From: Seison nebaliae
Lineage: Eukaryota
Length of the DNA: 64,000 nucleotides
NCBI GenBank assembly: GCA_023231475.1
Contig: JALJEE010002436.1
Coordinates: 248,001-312,000 of the forward strand
Reading direction: 5' to 3'
Shown: one piece after another, positions 12,129 through 25,045 of the stretch
Numbering within the stretch: position 1 is the first letter of the stretch
Layout of the letters: each line of letters opens with the position of its first letter
Translations under genes and position numbers: made by a program
The notes under the pieces: model-generated
The model's input: the letters and a program-made list of their open reading frames with translations, nothing else
The model's database searches: none
What the model was told of the DNA's origin: nothing

Positions 12129-13182
12129 ATGGATTCCACCCAATTCGTCAATATCGAACGAGAATGCGTCAATCTATTCAATTCATCTGTCGCCGCATCA
12201 ACTTCGATTGAACGGAATTTGTTCGATTTAAAAGCGAAATTTGTCGATTTGAAAAGTTTCTTAGAAAAACGAATTGAAGAATTACCAGATACTGACGACG
12301 ACGATGATGACGTCGATGTTGATGAGGGTGAGAAAAGTGATGAGAAAATGGAGGAAGATTTAATTGGGAAAGAAGAAAGGAAAATGAATGAAAAAGAGAA
12401 GGAAAGTGACGAATTGATGGAAGAGAATAAGAAGAAAACTATTGACGAAGAATTTCGACAACAATTCAACACTACAAATGATAAAGCCTGTACAATTTTC
12501 AAACAAGTTCTCTTAGACAAACGAGCTGTTCACTCCTCCATCAATCGAGTGAGTAAAGCAATCGATAAAGTTCTATTTTTTATCAATTCTTCTTTCTCAT
12601 TCTATTTTAATTAGACTTATGTGGTTAAATCGAAAATATTCGACACTTTAGACGTTTCGAGAAAATCAAAAGATCAAAATTCAATTTTTTTATCAATTCA
12701 TGATTATCTCCTCCGATTCGATATGTTCGATGCGGCTAATGCTCTCCAAATCGTTATTCATTTTTCAATTATCTTAATTCGTTAATAAATAATTCGTTGC
12801 AGGAAACCAGTTTATCAGATCCTTCGGAGAAAGAGATTATGGAAAAAGGAAAGAAACAAATTGAACCGTTGAATCAAATGGTGAAGGATTTGCTCATTAA
12901 TCATTCCATCGATAGTACAACAACGTTTAAATTTTTCATTCAATATTTTTATTTATATTTTTATTCATTTTCAATTTTTGTAGATGGATAGAAAATATGG
13001 AAAAAGAGAAATCATCAGAATTCGCTATCGTCGACTTGTTATTTAATTTGAAGAAGAATTGTTTATTGGAGATGGTGGAACGTTTCCCGAAAGAATATTC
13101 ACAAAAACAAATTTTATGTTATTCAAGAAATTTCTCGAAATTCTCTACTTCTCATACAAAAGGTTTTCATTCTTATTTTCTA

Positions 13183-13216
<34 letters not shown>

Positions 13217-14005
13217 AATTATTTTACGTAGAAGTTCAAGAATTGATGGGAATGCAAATTTATTTGAGGAGTGACGTAGTGAATCAAGATCAATATCGAG
13301 ATTTATTCAACAATTATCGATGGTATGATTTATCGATGAAATTGAGAGAATGTTATTCGAATCATCTTCAGATTCCCATTTATTCTCCACTCTCCATCGC
13401 CGTCGAATGTGGATCTTATTGTTTCGCTGCCGTCGAGAATTTGGGAAATACAGTTCATTCTCATTTGGGAAAAATTTGTGATCGAGATGAATTACCGATC
13501 GATGTGAATGATCATTTATCCGTGTGTGAAAAGAGATCGAAACATTCGATTTTCTCTTGTCCAATATTGAAGCAGCAAACGACAGAATTCAATCCAGCTG
13601 TTCGATTGGAATGTGGACATGCAATTTCGAAAGAAGCACTCGTCAGATTGACTCATCCGCAGTTAGTGAAATTTATTTTATTTTTTCGTGTCACACATCG
13701 ACTCTTAAATTAACGAAATGTAAATTGAAGAGAAGGAGAGAAAGAGAAGGGAATTGAGAAGAGTAACAAAGAGGATATTTAACAGAAATTTTTAACGATA
13801 ATGATAATAGATTGTGTGTGATGGTTTTTGTGAGGGAAATTGAATCGAATTAAAAAATATTTTTTTCCTTCCCATCTCATCTCTCCTCTATTCTCCAAAT
13901 AGTACAAATAGACGACGGTATAAACGATCGAATCATCATGTGAAATGTCCATATTGTCCGAAAGAGATAAATCCGGAAAATGCAAAACTGTTAAAGTTCT
14001 GTTGA
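12129..14005 (+). CDS. RMND5: RMND5/GID2 E3 ubiquitin ligase subunit of the CTLH/GID complex, multi-exon
   Basis: HSSINRVSKAIDK, a LisH-like IHDYLLRFDMFDAANAL, SPLSIAVECG, DELPIDV, and the degenerate RING HSIFSCPILKQQTTEFNPAVRLECGHAISKEAL. A last exon at about 13903-14005, missed by the ORF track, supplies VKCPYCPKE...FC-stop. Confidence 0.9.
13188..13217. repeat. (TTA)n microsatellite in an RMND5 intron
   Basis: Visible ttattattatta... run. Confidence 0.8.
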
Positions 14006-14375
14006 TGGATAAACAGATAAAAAGATGATGGATAAATGAGTTAATGAATAATGGTGATGAAGAAGAAGAACAACGATTAATTTCATGGTAATTGGGAAGA
14101 GAAGATATGTTATTATGATAATAATCTTTTTCTTTGAAATAAAGCAGAAAAAAGAAAAAACTAAAAAGATAATAAAATTAATCAAAAAAAAAATGACCGG
14201 GAAATAAAGAGTTTTGATGAATTACAAATATCTTTCATCTCTTCCAAAAAAAAAAATGAGATTTTTCTTCATATACACATCAAAATTAATCTTTTTTCGA
14301 TTGTCCTTCACATCATAAATTTTTCAATTTCTCATTCTTAATCCTTAAACGGAAATTACGAAGATCATCAAGAAA

Positions 14376-17300
14376 TCATTTACGAAAATTTTGAACATTA
14401 TTATTATTATTCAAATTCGAATTATTGAATGATTTCTTAGCATAATTGTAACCGTTCGGTTGATTCGGATATTGATTGACAGAATTGAAATTAGAAAGGG
14501 AATTAATCGATGCCGATGATATTGATGATGATGATTCATTCCTACTCACATTATTATTATTATTATTATTTTGACGAAAATTATTGGAAAATTGATGACG
14601 TTGATGATTCTCATTATTATTTGTTATTTGATCATCCTGAATTATGTTTGGAGGAGGAATAGAATTTCCGTTATTATTATTATGATGATGATTCTGTTGT
14701 GAAAAGTTGGGAACGAATGGAACATGAATCGATTGTTTAGATTCATAAGCCATATCTGAAACAGATTTATGGGGAAGAATCGTGGTAATTGGACCGTTCG
14801 TATTTCGAAAATTATTTTTCTCATTATTATTCATGAAATGATGATGGGTTTGAGAATCGATTATACTTCCGCCATTATTCGATCTCATTTTTTTCGCGAC
14901 GTGAATTGAATTTCCTTCTTGACGAATAGCGGAAACGTGAGAAACGGTATAGGATTCCTGAGCAGGTTTATTTGGAATGCAAGTTGAAGTAGTTTGTTTT
15001 AACATGGGATTTACACGTGAAGCATTTCTCATCGCATTTCTATTCATCATATTATTCGTGATATGTGTCGATTTTTGATCTTTGTTTATCGTCGATTTCA
15101 TATAATTAGACGGAAATTTTACATTATCTGCTTTTGGTACTGATATTCCTCTTTGATTTGAAGTTGGAACTGTTGTCACCATCATCGGTTTAATCTCGAC
15201 GAGATTCTTCTTTTTCGATCGTTCCAATTGAAGAGCATTCGCTTTCAATTGTTCAGATTTGTCACGCGAAATAAGTTTTTGAGCCATAATCTTTCGAAAT
15301 ATTCTCTCACCTATAAATAAATGAATTTGAATTATTATTATTTGTTTATATTATTATTTGGAAATTTAAAAAAAAAAACCCATAAATGATCCATATTTCT
15401 TCACCAGATAATCATGATCGACATCGAATAAAGTTTTATAATGTCCCAATCGTTTCTTCGATTCCATTTTTCTTTGGAAATCTTCGTTCGACATATTTTT
15501 ATATTCACAAATTTTAAGCGTATCGGAACGCATAATCGTCACAATAATTTCCTTAAAATTTTCAAAGATAAATCTCAATAAAAATGAAAAAAAAACGATT
15601 AACAGCTAATTCATCACAAACGGTAACGAAATCCGAACTATTATCTGTTGTTCTTTCAATACTATTAATTCGGACCATAATCGGTTCGATGACTGGTAAA
15701 ATTAATTTCCTGGAAATCTAAAGAATATATATATATATATACATATATTGATGGAATTATGATGATTATGATGGAATTTGAACTTCGATACCAAAACTAT
15801 GTGCTAAATTGATACAACCATAAATCGATCCGACGGACACTTCTGGTTGTTCGACATCACATAACAATTTTCGAATTACTTTTATGATACGATATTTTAA
15901 ACGATTTTCAGGTGTGGCATGATTCTTGACGATTTCTTCGAGTGCTTTACATGCCAATTTTCTTAGAATCCAATGATTCTCATATGTCTCACATGTGACT
16001 TTGAAAGAGAGTGCACAATTCATACAACAAGGAACGATATCATCGATATATTGATGAATTGCTGAGACGATATATTTATTTTGTACAAGTGATCTCACCA
16101 TTCGAATAAGATAAATGAGAACTGCCATATTCTTCAAAATACAATTCAATTGAATACCATCAACAATGAAAGTTACAAGACGAGGTAACAAATGAATGAT
16201 ACATGGATCACTTTGTATCGTTTTCAAAGTTTCACTTCGTTTATCTTCTGATTGACCCACACACGGTTCCGTCAAATCAACAAAATATGATTGTTGTTCT
16301 AATGAAAAATCGTGAACATTATTCAATTGTGATTGAATGATAATGGATGACATCGATCCAATGGAATTCACATCAGTTTGATTCGTTTTCAATATCATCG
16401 ATTGATATCGTCGAAGACGATTCTCTTCCACTTTGGCTAGACGACGTCTCATTGCATCAATATCCATTTCATAATTCTCTACTGACATACTCTTATTCTT
16501 AGCTAGCCAATTTTGCATATATACATTCTGCAATTGTTTCGTCGCATCTCTTACTCGATTACTCAATTTTTGATATTGGGAAACTGATTCGAAAATATTT
16601 TTCTCTGAAATATCTTCATCATCTTCCAATTGAATTTGTTCTTCATTCATTTCACATGATGTACTAACGACATTAGATGAAGATTCATCAGTCATAGTAA
16701 TGTCAAGTTGGTTAGCGGGAAGAGTGACATCATTCTTATTCAGTTTATTCGATATCTCACCATGACTCACTTTCACGTAATTGTTGATGGAATTGTTGAA
16801 AGAGAGTGCTAATTTTGCTTGAATGATTAAAGGATTCGATGGTTGTTGTTTTTGAGATTGAGGTATATTTTTCGTTGTTGTCATTCCAATCACTTGTCCA
16901 TCATTTCCACCAGAAGATGACACAGCTGTTGATATCGTCGTCGAAGTTGTAGTGGGAGTGATAGATAATTTGGAGGAAGAATAATCGCCAATTTCCGTAC
17001 AACCGTCAGCATTATAATTATTAGCTTGAGTCAATTGTAATTGAGAATGAACGTTACGAGCACCGAGAAGTGCAGGATTGAAAACCATCGTAGATGTCGT
17101 TGTTGTAGTAGTAATTGTTGTTGTTGTTGTTTGTGATGTTTTTTCATTTTCTCCTATATTCGATGTTGTTGTTGTTGTGATTGTTGTTGTTATTGGTGTG
17201 GTGGATGATGAAGAAAGATTTTTATCATTTTTATTCAATTTCGTTTCAATTAAATTCTCTTCCGTTTCTTTCTTATCGTTGGTCGATTGAATTTTCGTTC

Positions 17301-18472
17301 TTCCATTTTTCCCAGTTCCAAAAACGTTGGGTGGAGGACGTTGATGTTTCGACACCAATTCCAACGTCGAAATGAGTGAGGTGGTTGACACTTGGAAGTT
17401 GGTGGAAACGAATCGACGATGTAAACGATTTGAGGTTAAATATGCCAAATAAATGTGACGACATCGAACATCTTCTTTTTTAATTCTTCGTCTCAATTGA
17501 ACATTCTTCAATGAATTCAATCGAACTTCTTCCACATTCTGATCATCATTATCATCCTCAACAGCGATCGGATAAATTCGATTATCATCAGTCGCTACGA
17601 TTTTCGGATTTTGATAGAGTGTCGGTTGAATTCCTTCAATCGCCAACCAATGAACACAAAGTTTTGGCATTTGTTGTCGCAGATATTTACTCTTTCGTCT
17701 CACACGTCTTAAATCGATGAATCGATCACCATATACTAAAGTTTGTTGTCCTGTTGGACGTTTCGTCGTCTCTTTAGTTGTGGTTGTTGAATAATCAATT
17801 TTTCCCATTTCTTCCGCACTTAATCGTATTCGTTTAATCTGATCGGAACGTCGTTCACTATTTTCCCCATTATTCTTCTTCATATACAAATTCCCAACAT
17901 ATGAGGAACCTTTCGAATCATTCTGATGGAATGAGATCTGATCTATTCGATCAACGGCCGAAGAAAATAACTAAAAAAAAATTTTAAATTAAAAAAAATC
18001 ATAAAAATATTTTTAAAAAAAAAACTTTTTCATTTTGTCTTTTGAATGCTGTTGTGATATGATTCTGATTTATTTTCGACGTTCTCGTCACTCTTGCATG
18101 AGTGACTGCATTACTGATAATCGATCGTAATCGTTCAATTAAAGCTGAATTGATCATTCGACAACATTCATCGGAAAATAGATAATTATCTGTGGGAACT
18201 TGACCATTTTGTGAGGCGATATTCTTGATATATGCCGACGAGAACATCAAACTTTCGTCGTCATTATAAGTCACGTAATTGGACATGTCTCCTCGATTTG
18301 GATTCGATTCACCATGTCCCGTATTGAACGTGGATGACGTTGTTTTACCTGATTGGCCTTGTTGTGATGCATTTGTCGATGATTGAGTAGTTGAAGTGTT
18401 TGTTATTGTTACATGTTGTTGAGAGGATGTGGTAGGAGCGGATGAGATGGATCGATTGACTTGTTTGTTCAT
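14376..18472 (-). CDS. TAF6: TFIID subunit TAF6, 5 exons, with large low-complexity insertions
   Basis: H4-like histone fold (IKNIASQNG...RLRSIISNAVTHARVTRTSKINQNHITTAFK), PKLCVHWLAIEGIQP, HDFSLEQQSYF...LLPRLVTFI, NHWILRKLA and YGCI in the HEAT-like domain. Introns at about 17971-18025 and 15718-15783 plus two more near 15552-15603 and 15311-15379. Confidence 0.9.
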
Positions 18473-19019
18473 TTAAATCGATCGTCGATGATTTAAGAGA
18501 AGTTACAATTCTTCTCCTTCTGAATTAAACTTTTAACAAAGAAGAAAATCTGAAGATTTCTCTTTTTAGAATCAACCGATTTTCATCTGGAAATCTCATT
18601 CCATTTTCTCTCTTATTCTCGATAATTCAATAATTTCAAATAATGATCTTTTCGATTTGATGGTTTTTTAAGAAGTTCACTTCTAGATATCTTCTCGTTC
18701 TAATTATGGATTCTGTCGAGAACTTCATTTCGAGATTATAAAATCGACACCCAACACAAACGACACGACACAAACGAGAACAAAAGAAGAACAAATACAT
18801 TAAAGAATTCGTAGAAAGATGAAATGGAATAGAGAATTCTTCAAATTTTATTTTTAAATGAATTAAAATCATTTCCATCCTCAGGAAGTGGAATGGAACG
18901 GAACAAATTTCCTAAATATTCCATTAAACAATTAGTAAATTTTTTACATTCCAATAAAAGAATTGAAAATAAATTTTGACTTCTCATCTTAATTCAAATT
19001 TCCCTACACGTGCGAATAA

Positions 19020-19404
19020 ATGAATTCTCATCTATCGAACGACATCTTGTCAATAGAGACATGTGGCAATCTGATGCGAAGATATGATAGATCACGCACA
19101 CTCTTAAAAACAACCAGACATTTCATTTTCGTTCGCTGCGAATTAACTCGAAAGAAAGAAAAAGAAAAGTTAAATCGTTCTTCCTTCATTCTTTTATAGT
19201 TGCCTTCCCAGCCACTTATATACTCTTCTACCACACTCCAACATGGACAACACGTATATTTATGCACATCGACATCATACACTCATGTCTAAGGAACAAT
19301 TCTCCAATTATTCAACTCAAAAATTTGGCTCCATCAACGGAAATTTTATTAATATGAACAAAGCGTGGAGTAAATACATGACTAATAACAGTTATTTGGA
19401 GTAA
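19020..19404 (+). CDS. Possible small spliced hypothetical gene
   Basis: Less AT-rich island. ATG 19020 opens MNSHLSNDILSIETCG..., there is a polypyrimidine acceptor at 19199, and a frame stays open to TAA at 19404. Splice phase is ambiguous and no homology is recognised. Confidence 0.2.
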
Positions 19405-19470
19405 CCGATAAGAAAAGGCTGGACAACTGAAATGAGAAAATAAACAAATTAAATTTCTTCACGAATTTCT

Positions 19471-20291
19471 TTATTTCTTCAACGGACAATAACTCTTCGT
19501 ATGAGCTCCGTTTCCCGTTTCACCACACAAAGGACACGTATATGAGCGTAATATCGGACATTGAATCACCTTGCCATCTCTCGACTTCAGACAATGACTT
19601 TTGTAAATTTCTGGTCTTTCACCTAAAACAATTAAATTAAATTAAAATTTTCAAATATTTAAACATAAATTTAAATTAGCAATTTCATAAAACTATAATC
19701 ATGAAATGTTTTTTTTTTGAAAATATAAATTTAAATTTTCTTTAAAAACATTTAATTTTCCAATTAAAATTAGAAAAATGAAAATTTTAAAGGAAAATTT
19801 AACGAACCATTTTTTCGACAGAAAACACATGATAAATTGAGATGACCAAATCGTTTCGACATTTCAGCCAACGGCGCCAGATCATAATCGTTACTTCGAA
19901 GTGGTAAATTTATTTTGGTCTCATTCGAATTATTCGTCGATGTTCTCACTTCATTTTCTTGACATGGATCTGACAACCATTTGAGGAGACGAGTTGTTTT
20001 CCGTTTTTCTTTATTAGTTGATGTTGTTGTTGATTTGAATGAATAATTCTTCTCGTTCTCTTTGTTGATTGGGGATGGATGTTGACATTGTTGGAAAGGG
20101 TTGATTGCCATAAATGATTTGTATCGATCAATTAATTGTCTTTGAGTTTCCAACGTGGAATTTTCAATTGAATTTAATGATGAATTGGAATGATATGATG
20201 GTGGTGGAACATATGACATGAAATTGAAATTATTGACGGTCATATTATCGCCGGATGGATTCGTTTCCAAATGAGAGATGGATGGATTCAT
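19471..20291 (-). CDS. nanos: Nanos (double CCHC zinc-finger RNA-binding protein), 2 exons
   Basis: Splicing intron 19623-19807 gives [61 protein letters not shown], the canonical nanos (CCHC)2 domain, after an N/S/T-rich N-terminus. Confidence 0.95.
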
Positions 20292-20535
20292 TTGAATGAT
20301 ATTATTAGTAGAAAAAATGGAAAGTTGATGAATTGAATAAGTGAAAGTTCATTTGACTTAAATATCAAGAACAATTTCAAACAGATAAGCGGCAAATGAA
20401 GTTGCTACATTTTTATCAATTTGGAAGTGTTAATTGGAAAATGAAATCGATCAAATATTTATCATAAATTTTTTTAGAAGAAAGAATAGCGACATCTAAT
20501 TCATCAATTAGTGATCAAAAAACGGAAATGATCCT

Positions 20536-20540
<5 letters not shown>

Positions 20541-20569
<29 letters not shown>
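20541..20569. repeat. (CT)n/(GA)n microsatellite upstream of nanos
   Basis: ctctctct... run between the nanos start and the myotubularin stop. Confidence 0.85.
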
Positions 20570-20572
<3 letters not shown>

Positions 20573-20664
20573 AATTCAACATTGATAAATGATATTAGTT
20601 CCGTCCAATTTATCATTCAGATAACATACTAATTGATTGAGATGATTCGATCAGATCGAACTGA

Positions 20665-22681
20665 CTACATTTTTATCATCGTCAACTTCTTTCGCAATTC
20701 TTCCGCTTCCACATTCAATCGCACCGTTCTCTCCAACGCTCCATTCAACAATTTCCTCTTTTCCCTTTGGACGTTGGCAGGAAGAAAGACGAACCGTCCA
20801 TAAAATGACCACCAAAATTTCTTTAGAAAAAAATTTAAAAATTTGAAAAAAAAAAGAAAGAATTAACAAATGTCTTCGGTTCCATATTAGGAGTAAGAAT
20901 TAATTCATCATTTTCAAAATAAAATTTATTTGTTAATTTATTCCGAATCGCAGAATGACACATCCACGACCATAAAGAAATAGTATTCTTTTCAATTAAT
21001 TCTCGTTCATTCGGATAGTTTTGAAGGAATGTCCCGAAAGAAGAACTATAAGAATTAGTCGCTAAAATGACAAGGAAATCCGTATTGAATTGAAATGTTG
21101 TTGGGAATTGTTGAATTAGTTGATAAACGGAATCGAGAAACAAAAGAAATATGGGCGCTGGCGATTCCATCGTTTTCAGACAAATTTTACTATTCAAATT
21201 ATTATTCAAATTATTATTATTTGACATGTTATTATTATTATTATTGTTGTTATTATTGGTGAATTGGAAGATTGTAGAGGAACGATTAGCAAACGGATGA
21301 CCAACATTGAACCAATCCAATAAGATGAGTTGAATGAAACCGTCATATGTTCGATATTTTTTTTCTTGAAGAATTTTCACGAGAGATGAAATGACACAAG
21401 TTAAATCGACTCCCGTCATATCTTGTAAGAGAAGATGATAAGTGTCATTACTTTCCTTTAAATTCATCGATCCAAATAGAAGTAATGATGAAATGATCAT
21501 TGAGGAACGAATGGCATTTCTCACATTCACTAACCATTTCCCACATAAACTCAACCATTGATTCTTTGATGGTTTCAATTCGTCACTATCATTCACTTCT
21601 TCTGTCGGTTTGATGGTTTCTTTAATTATCGATTCATTCGTTCGATTTAATAAACCTTCAAAATATAAAATAATTTAAAATAATATTTTAATTAATAATT
21701 AATTAATTAATTTTAACTATTCATCATATCAGAGAAAGAGGAGATAATTCGATTAGTATCTAATTGAATTAATGACAAATCGAATCGAGTGGAATTTTGA
21801 AGGAATTTCCAATAACCGACTGAATATTTGGGAATTGTCATTTGTTGATCCAAACAAATTATCAATCCAGTATTAGTCGGACAATAATATTTCATGATTG
21901 ATTTCAAATTCATATCTGATTGAATGGTAGACGATGACGATGACGATATTGAAACGGAAAACGGTGAAGTGAATTTTTCATTTTGAGCGAATTGAGCCGA
22001 ACGAAAGAGAAGTGTTTGTCTCCTTTGACAGATATAAGTGATGAGTGGAAATCGAAATAATTCGAAACATTTCATTCCATGACGAATATGATTCTCTGTC
22101 AATTTGTCTGATATACAAATTTTCCTTTCATACGAATTAATGAGAGAATTATTATTATCAAATAATTTCCATTTCATCAATTTTTCCGTTTTTTTATTCA
22201 ATTCCTTCAATTCTTCTTCTTTATCAATTCGGATGGAATGTTCGAGTGGAAGTGAGAAATTAGGAGCAAACGAACAAACATGTTTCTTATAAATTTTATA
22301 AAAAGAAATTTGACGTGAAAGAAATTGGACAAATTCATCCAAATTTGAAATATTGATGAATTTCATTTGAAAATAATCGATCGTTTTCAAAACCACTTTT
22401 ATCAATTGACTCTCATAAAATAAAAGATAATGATCAATCGATTCAATTGGTAATTGGAACGGTTTCTTCTTTGGTTCATTCTCATTATAAATGATGAGAA
22501 TCGCATTACAAATATTCAATTTCCCTTTTAACCATTTAGAGTTTGGTCGTTGGAAATGAATTGAGGCCGAATAGAGACAATTATCACGGAAAATTTCATA
22601 TTCCAATTTATCATATTCTTTCATTGTATTCTCTCGTAAGAAAGTGCAACATCTCTTCTCATCATAATGACGTGATAACAT
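20665..22681 (-). CDS. Myotubularin-related pseudophosphatase (MTMR9/10/12-like), multi-exon
   Basis: PH-GRAM-like N-terminus, RFPLITY..LFRSAQ, YRTYDGFIQLILLDWFNVGHPF, APIFLLFLDSVYQLIQQFPTTFQF, FGTFL..ER, TISLWSW, and a last exon KFWWSFYGRF + coiled coil ending TAG at 20665. The active-site loop reads LLLQDMTGVDLT instead of VHCSDGWDRT. The 5' end may extend further upstream. Confidence 0.85.
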
Positions 22682-23577
22682 TCTAACGTAATTGTAAATG
22701 AATCAATCGCTTCTTGATGAAAAAAAGATGAATTTCCTTTTTTAATTTTTTAAAATTTAATTTGTTTCTGAGAGAAGCCTCCACTTCCAATTGCACTCAT
22801 AATTCATTTAGTCCATTCGAAATATATCTCGGTCAAACAATTTTTTCATCTCCTCCTCACAAAATCATTTCAGGTTTTTCAATCTAATTCTTTCTCATAA
22901 ACATTCCATTCCCTGGAAAAAAGGGTGTCAAATTTTATTTTATTGTTAATTCTATTTTTTTCAAAAAATTAAATTGGACATTCTCATTCCTTTCTTTTCA
23001 ATTCAATTCCATTCCATTATTTGTTAATTGAATTTTTAATATTTATTTTTATCTTTAACATATTCTCAATTTAACAAATTTAGTTGTTCTCTCATTCATA
23101 GAAATCATCCTTATTCTGATTATTGTTCTGCACCATTCATTTATTAGTTTAATTCATTTTTAATAAAATAAGAGAAATTTTTTGTTAAAATTGAGTAATT
23201 GAATGAATGTCCATTCTCTTCAAACTACCTGAGAATAATGAGACGAAGAAGGACAACGGTTCGGTAGGAACAATCTCTTTTTATATAGTCATTATCGCAG
23301 TTTATGTAAGAAAAAAAGTTAGAATATTGACTATTCGTTTTTTAATTCCCATAAAATCCGTTAAACACGCAAACATATTCTATACGTCAATATGAAGCAT
23401 TCTATCGTAACAATCGATAAGGTCATCGTATATCCGAGTTGTCGTGCCAACCAAATTTTAAGTAATTTCTTCAATTTCATTCGATTTCATTTCGATCGTT
23501 CACTTCTTTTTTTCTCGGTGAAAGTAATTTTTTAATACAATTTACATTCTCTTCCTTTTTTATTCAACTCAAAAAAA

Positions 23578-23781
23578 ATGTCATCGGAAATTACCATTCC
23601 CGTTACCGTAACGGGTGATATCGTTGAAATGATTTTCCGTTATCGAAAATATTGGGGTTTCGGCCTCTTTCTCATCTGGTCAGGCGGTATATTATTTATC
23701 TATTTTTGGCAACGTCGGAAGAAGATAGAGGATAGTGACCGCGTACGTGATTCTATTGATTATTACGATACTATTCTTTAA
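23578..23781 (+). CDS. Candidate single-pass membrane microprotein (67 aa)
   Basis: AAAAATG start, one hydrophobic segment (YWGFGLFLIWSGGILFIYFW) followed by basic QRRKK, C-terminal YYDTIL; less AT-rich than its flanks. Confidence 0.45.
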   Translation: MSSEITIPVTVTGDIVEMIFRYRKYWGFGLFLIWSGGILFIYFWQRRKKIEDSDRVRDSIDYYDTIL

Positions 23782-24265
23782 TAAACATATTCATTGACCT
23801 ACTCTAAATGTTTAGTGAAACATCTTCACATTCATAATCCGATAACTGATATATGAGACTATAATCATAAATATGAAGATTTTTCATTTTGCTACGATTG
23901 ACTGCGTCTCACATTCAGTCAAATGTAAATTTTGACATCGTAAAATTTCTCTAAATACTCACAAATGTGTCAGTCTAATTCAAATTGTGGGGGCGATCGA
24001 AAATAATTTTCAATAGTAAAAATTTTTCTTATTCCTAATTGTTTACACAATCAGTAATTTCGAATATGTGGACCTACAGTAAAAAATGTGGAAGAAATTG
24101 AAATAATTCTCATGACATTACATCAATTCCTTCGACATTTATATTTTGACTTGACAGATTTATTTGGAAATACCAAAAATTCTATTGGTCTATTTAACTA
24201 ATTTCAATTTATTTCAGATATTATAAATTAGAATTTAAAAGTTTCTCTTCTTCTTCAACTATACA

Positions 24266-24439
24266 ATGTGTTTCAAAGCAAAATGTGAGAAATGCGGGAA
24301 AGTGACATGGAGAGGTTATCTCTTTTTCTATCTAAAAAATTTGAACAATTTCTAATCTGAATTTGAAGGATGCGGGAAACATGTTGATTCAGTCATGTCT
24401 GGTGTGCCTAAAGATATGCAATGTGCTTGTCCACGATAA
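24266..24439 (+). CDS. 39-aa Cys/His-rich microprotein (MC...CxxCGKxTWxGCGxHV...VP...CxC type), 2 exons
   Basis: Exons 24266-24314 and 24369-24439, joined by a 54-nt GTTATC...AAG intron, total 120 nt and encode MCFKAKCEKCGKVTWRGCGKHVDSVMSGVPKDMQCACPR-stop. Confidence 0.85.
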
Positions 24440-25045
24440 TGGATATTATTCTTTTTATGGAAATGTGTCATTGAAATTTGTGACGTTTTTAAACGAAAAC
24501 TTGTGAAAAATTTTATAACTTTCCTTATGAACTTTCTATATTTTTATGGTAAACATTTATTTTGTGATTACAAGATTGTGCTCTCAACTATATTTGACGT
24601 TGAAATTTCTTTTCATAAATTTTCTCTTAACTTCAATTTTATCCACTTCAATTTCCTTAAAATTTCTGTTACTGTTGTTAAAAATTAAAAATTTAAAATA
24701 AATGAAAAATCGGAGTGAACACAGGATATTAAAAATTTATTCGAAAGAAACGAATCACGAGAGAAAAGAGTTTGGAAAAGAAATGTAGTTGAATAATTTA
24801 AGAAGCTGATTGTGGATAAATCGAAGAGTTGTGTAGGAATATCGTGAAGACGATTTTCGAAAATAGATATCAATCAAAAAGGAGACAGCCATTTTAAAAA
24901 TTTTGTCATTGAAGTGGAAGAAATGTTTTTTCTTTGAAAAAAAAAAAGTTGTTGAGGGAAAAAATAGAGAAATTCTTATCCGTTTTTAATATTATAAATG
25001 AAAAGGAATTTAATTTGATGATTGTCATTCACACAGAAGCAGAAA

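Noticed and set aside
19310..19430. Minus-strand AAATTTTTGAG Sm-site-like motif preceded by TTTCCG, reminiscent of U5 snRNA; several ACA-NNN ends reminiscent of H/ACA snoRNAs on the + strand
   Set aside because: No invariant U5 loop-1 GCCTTTTAC in the right place and no convincing H box or double hairpin; such motifs are expected by chance in AT-rich DNA.
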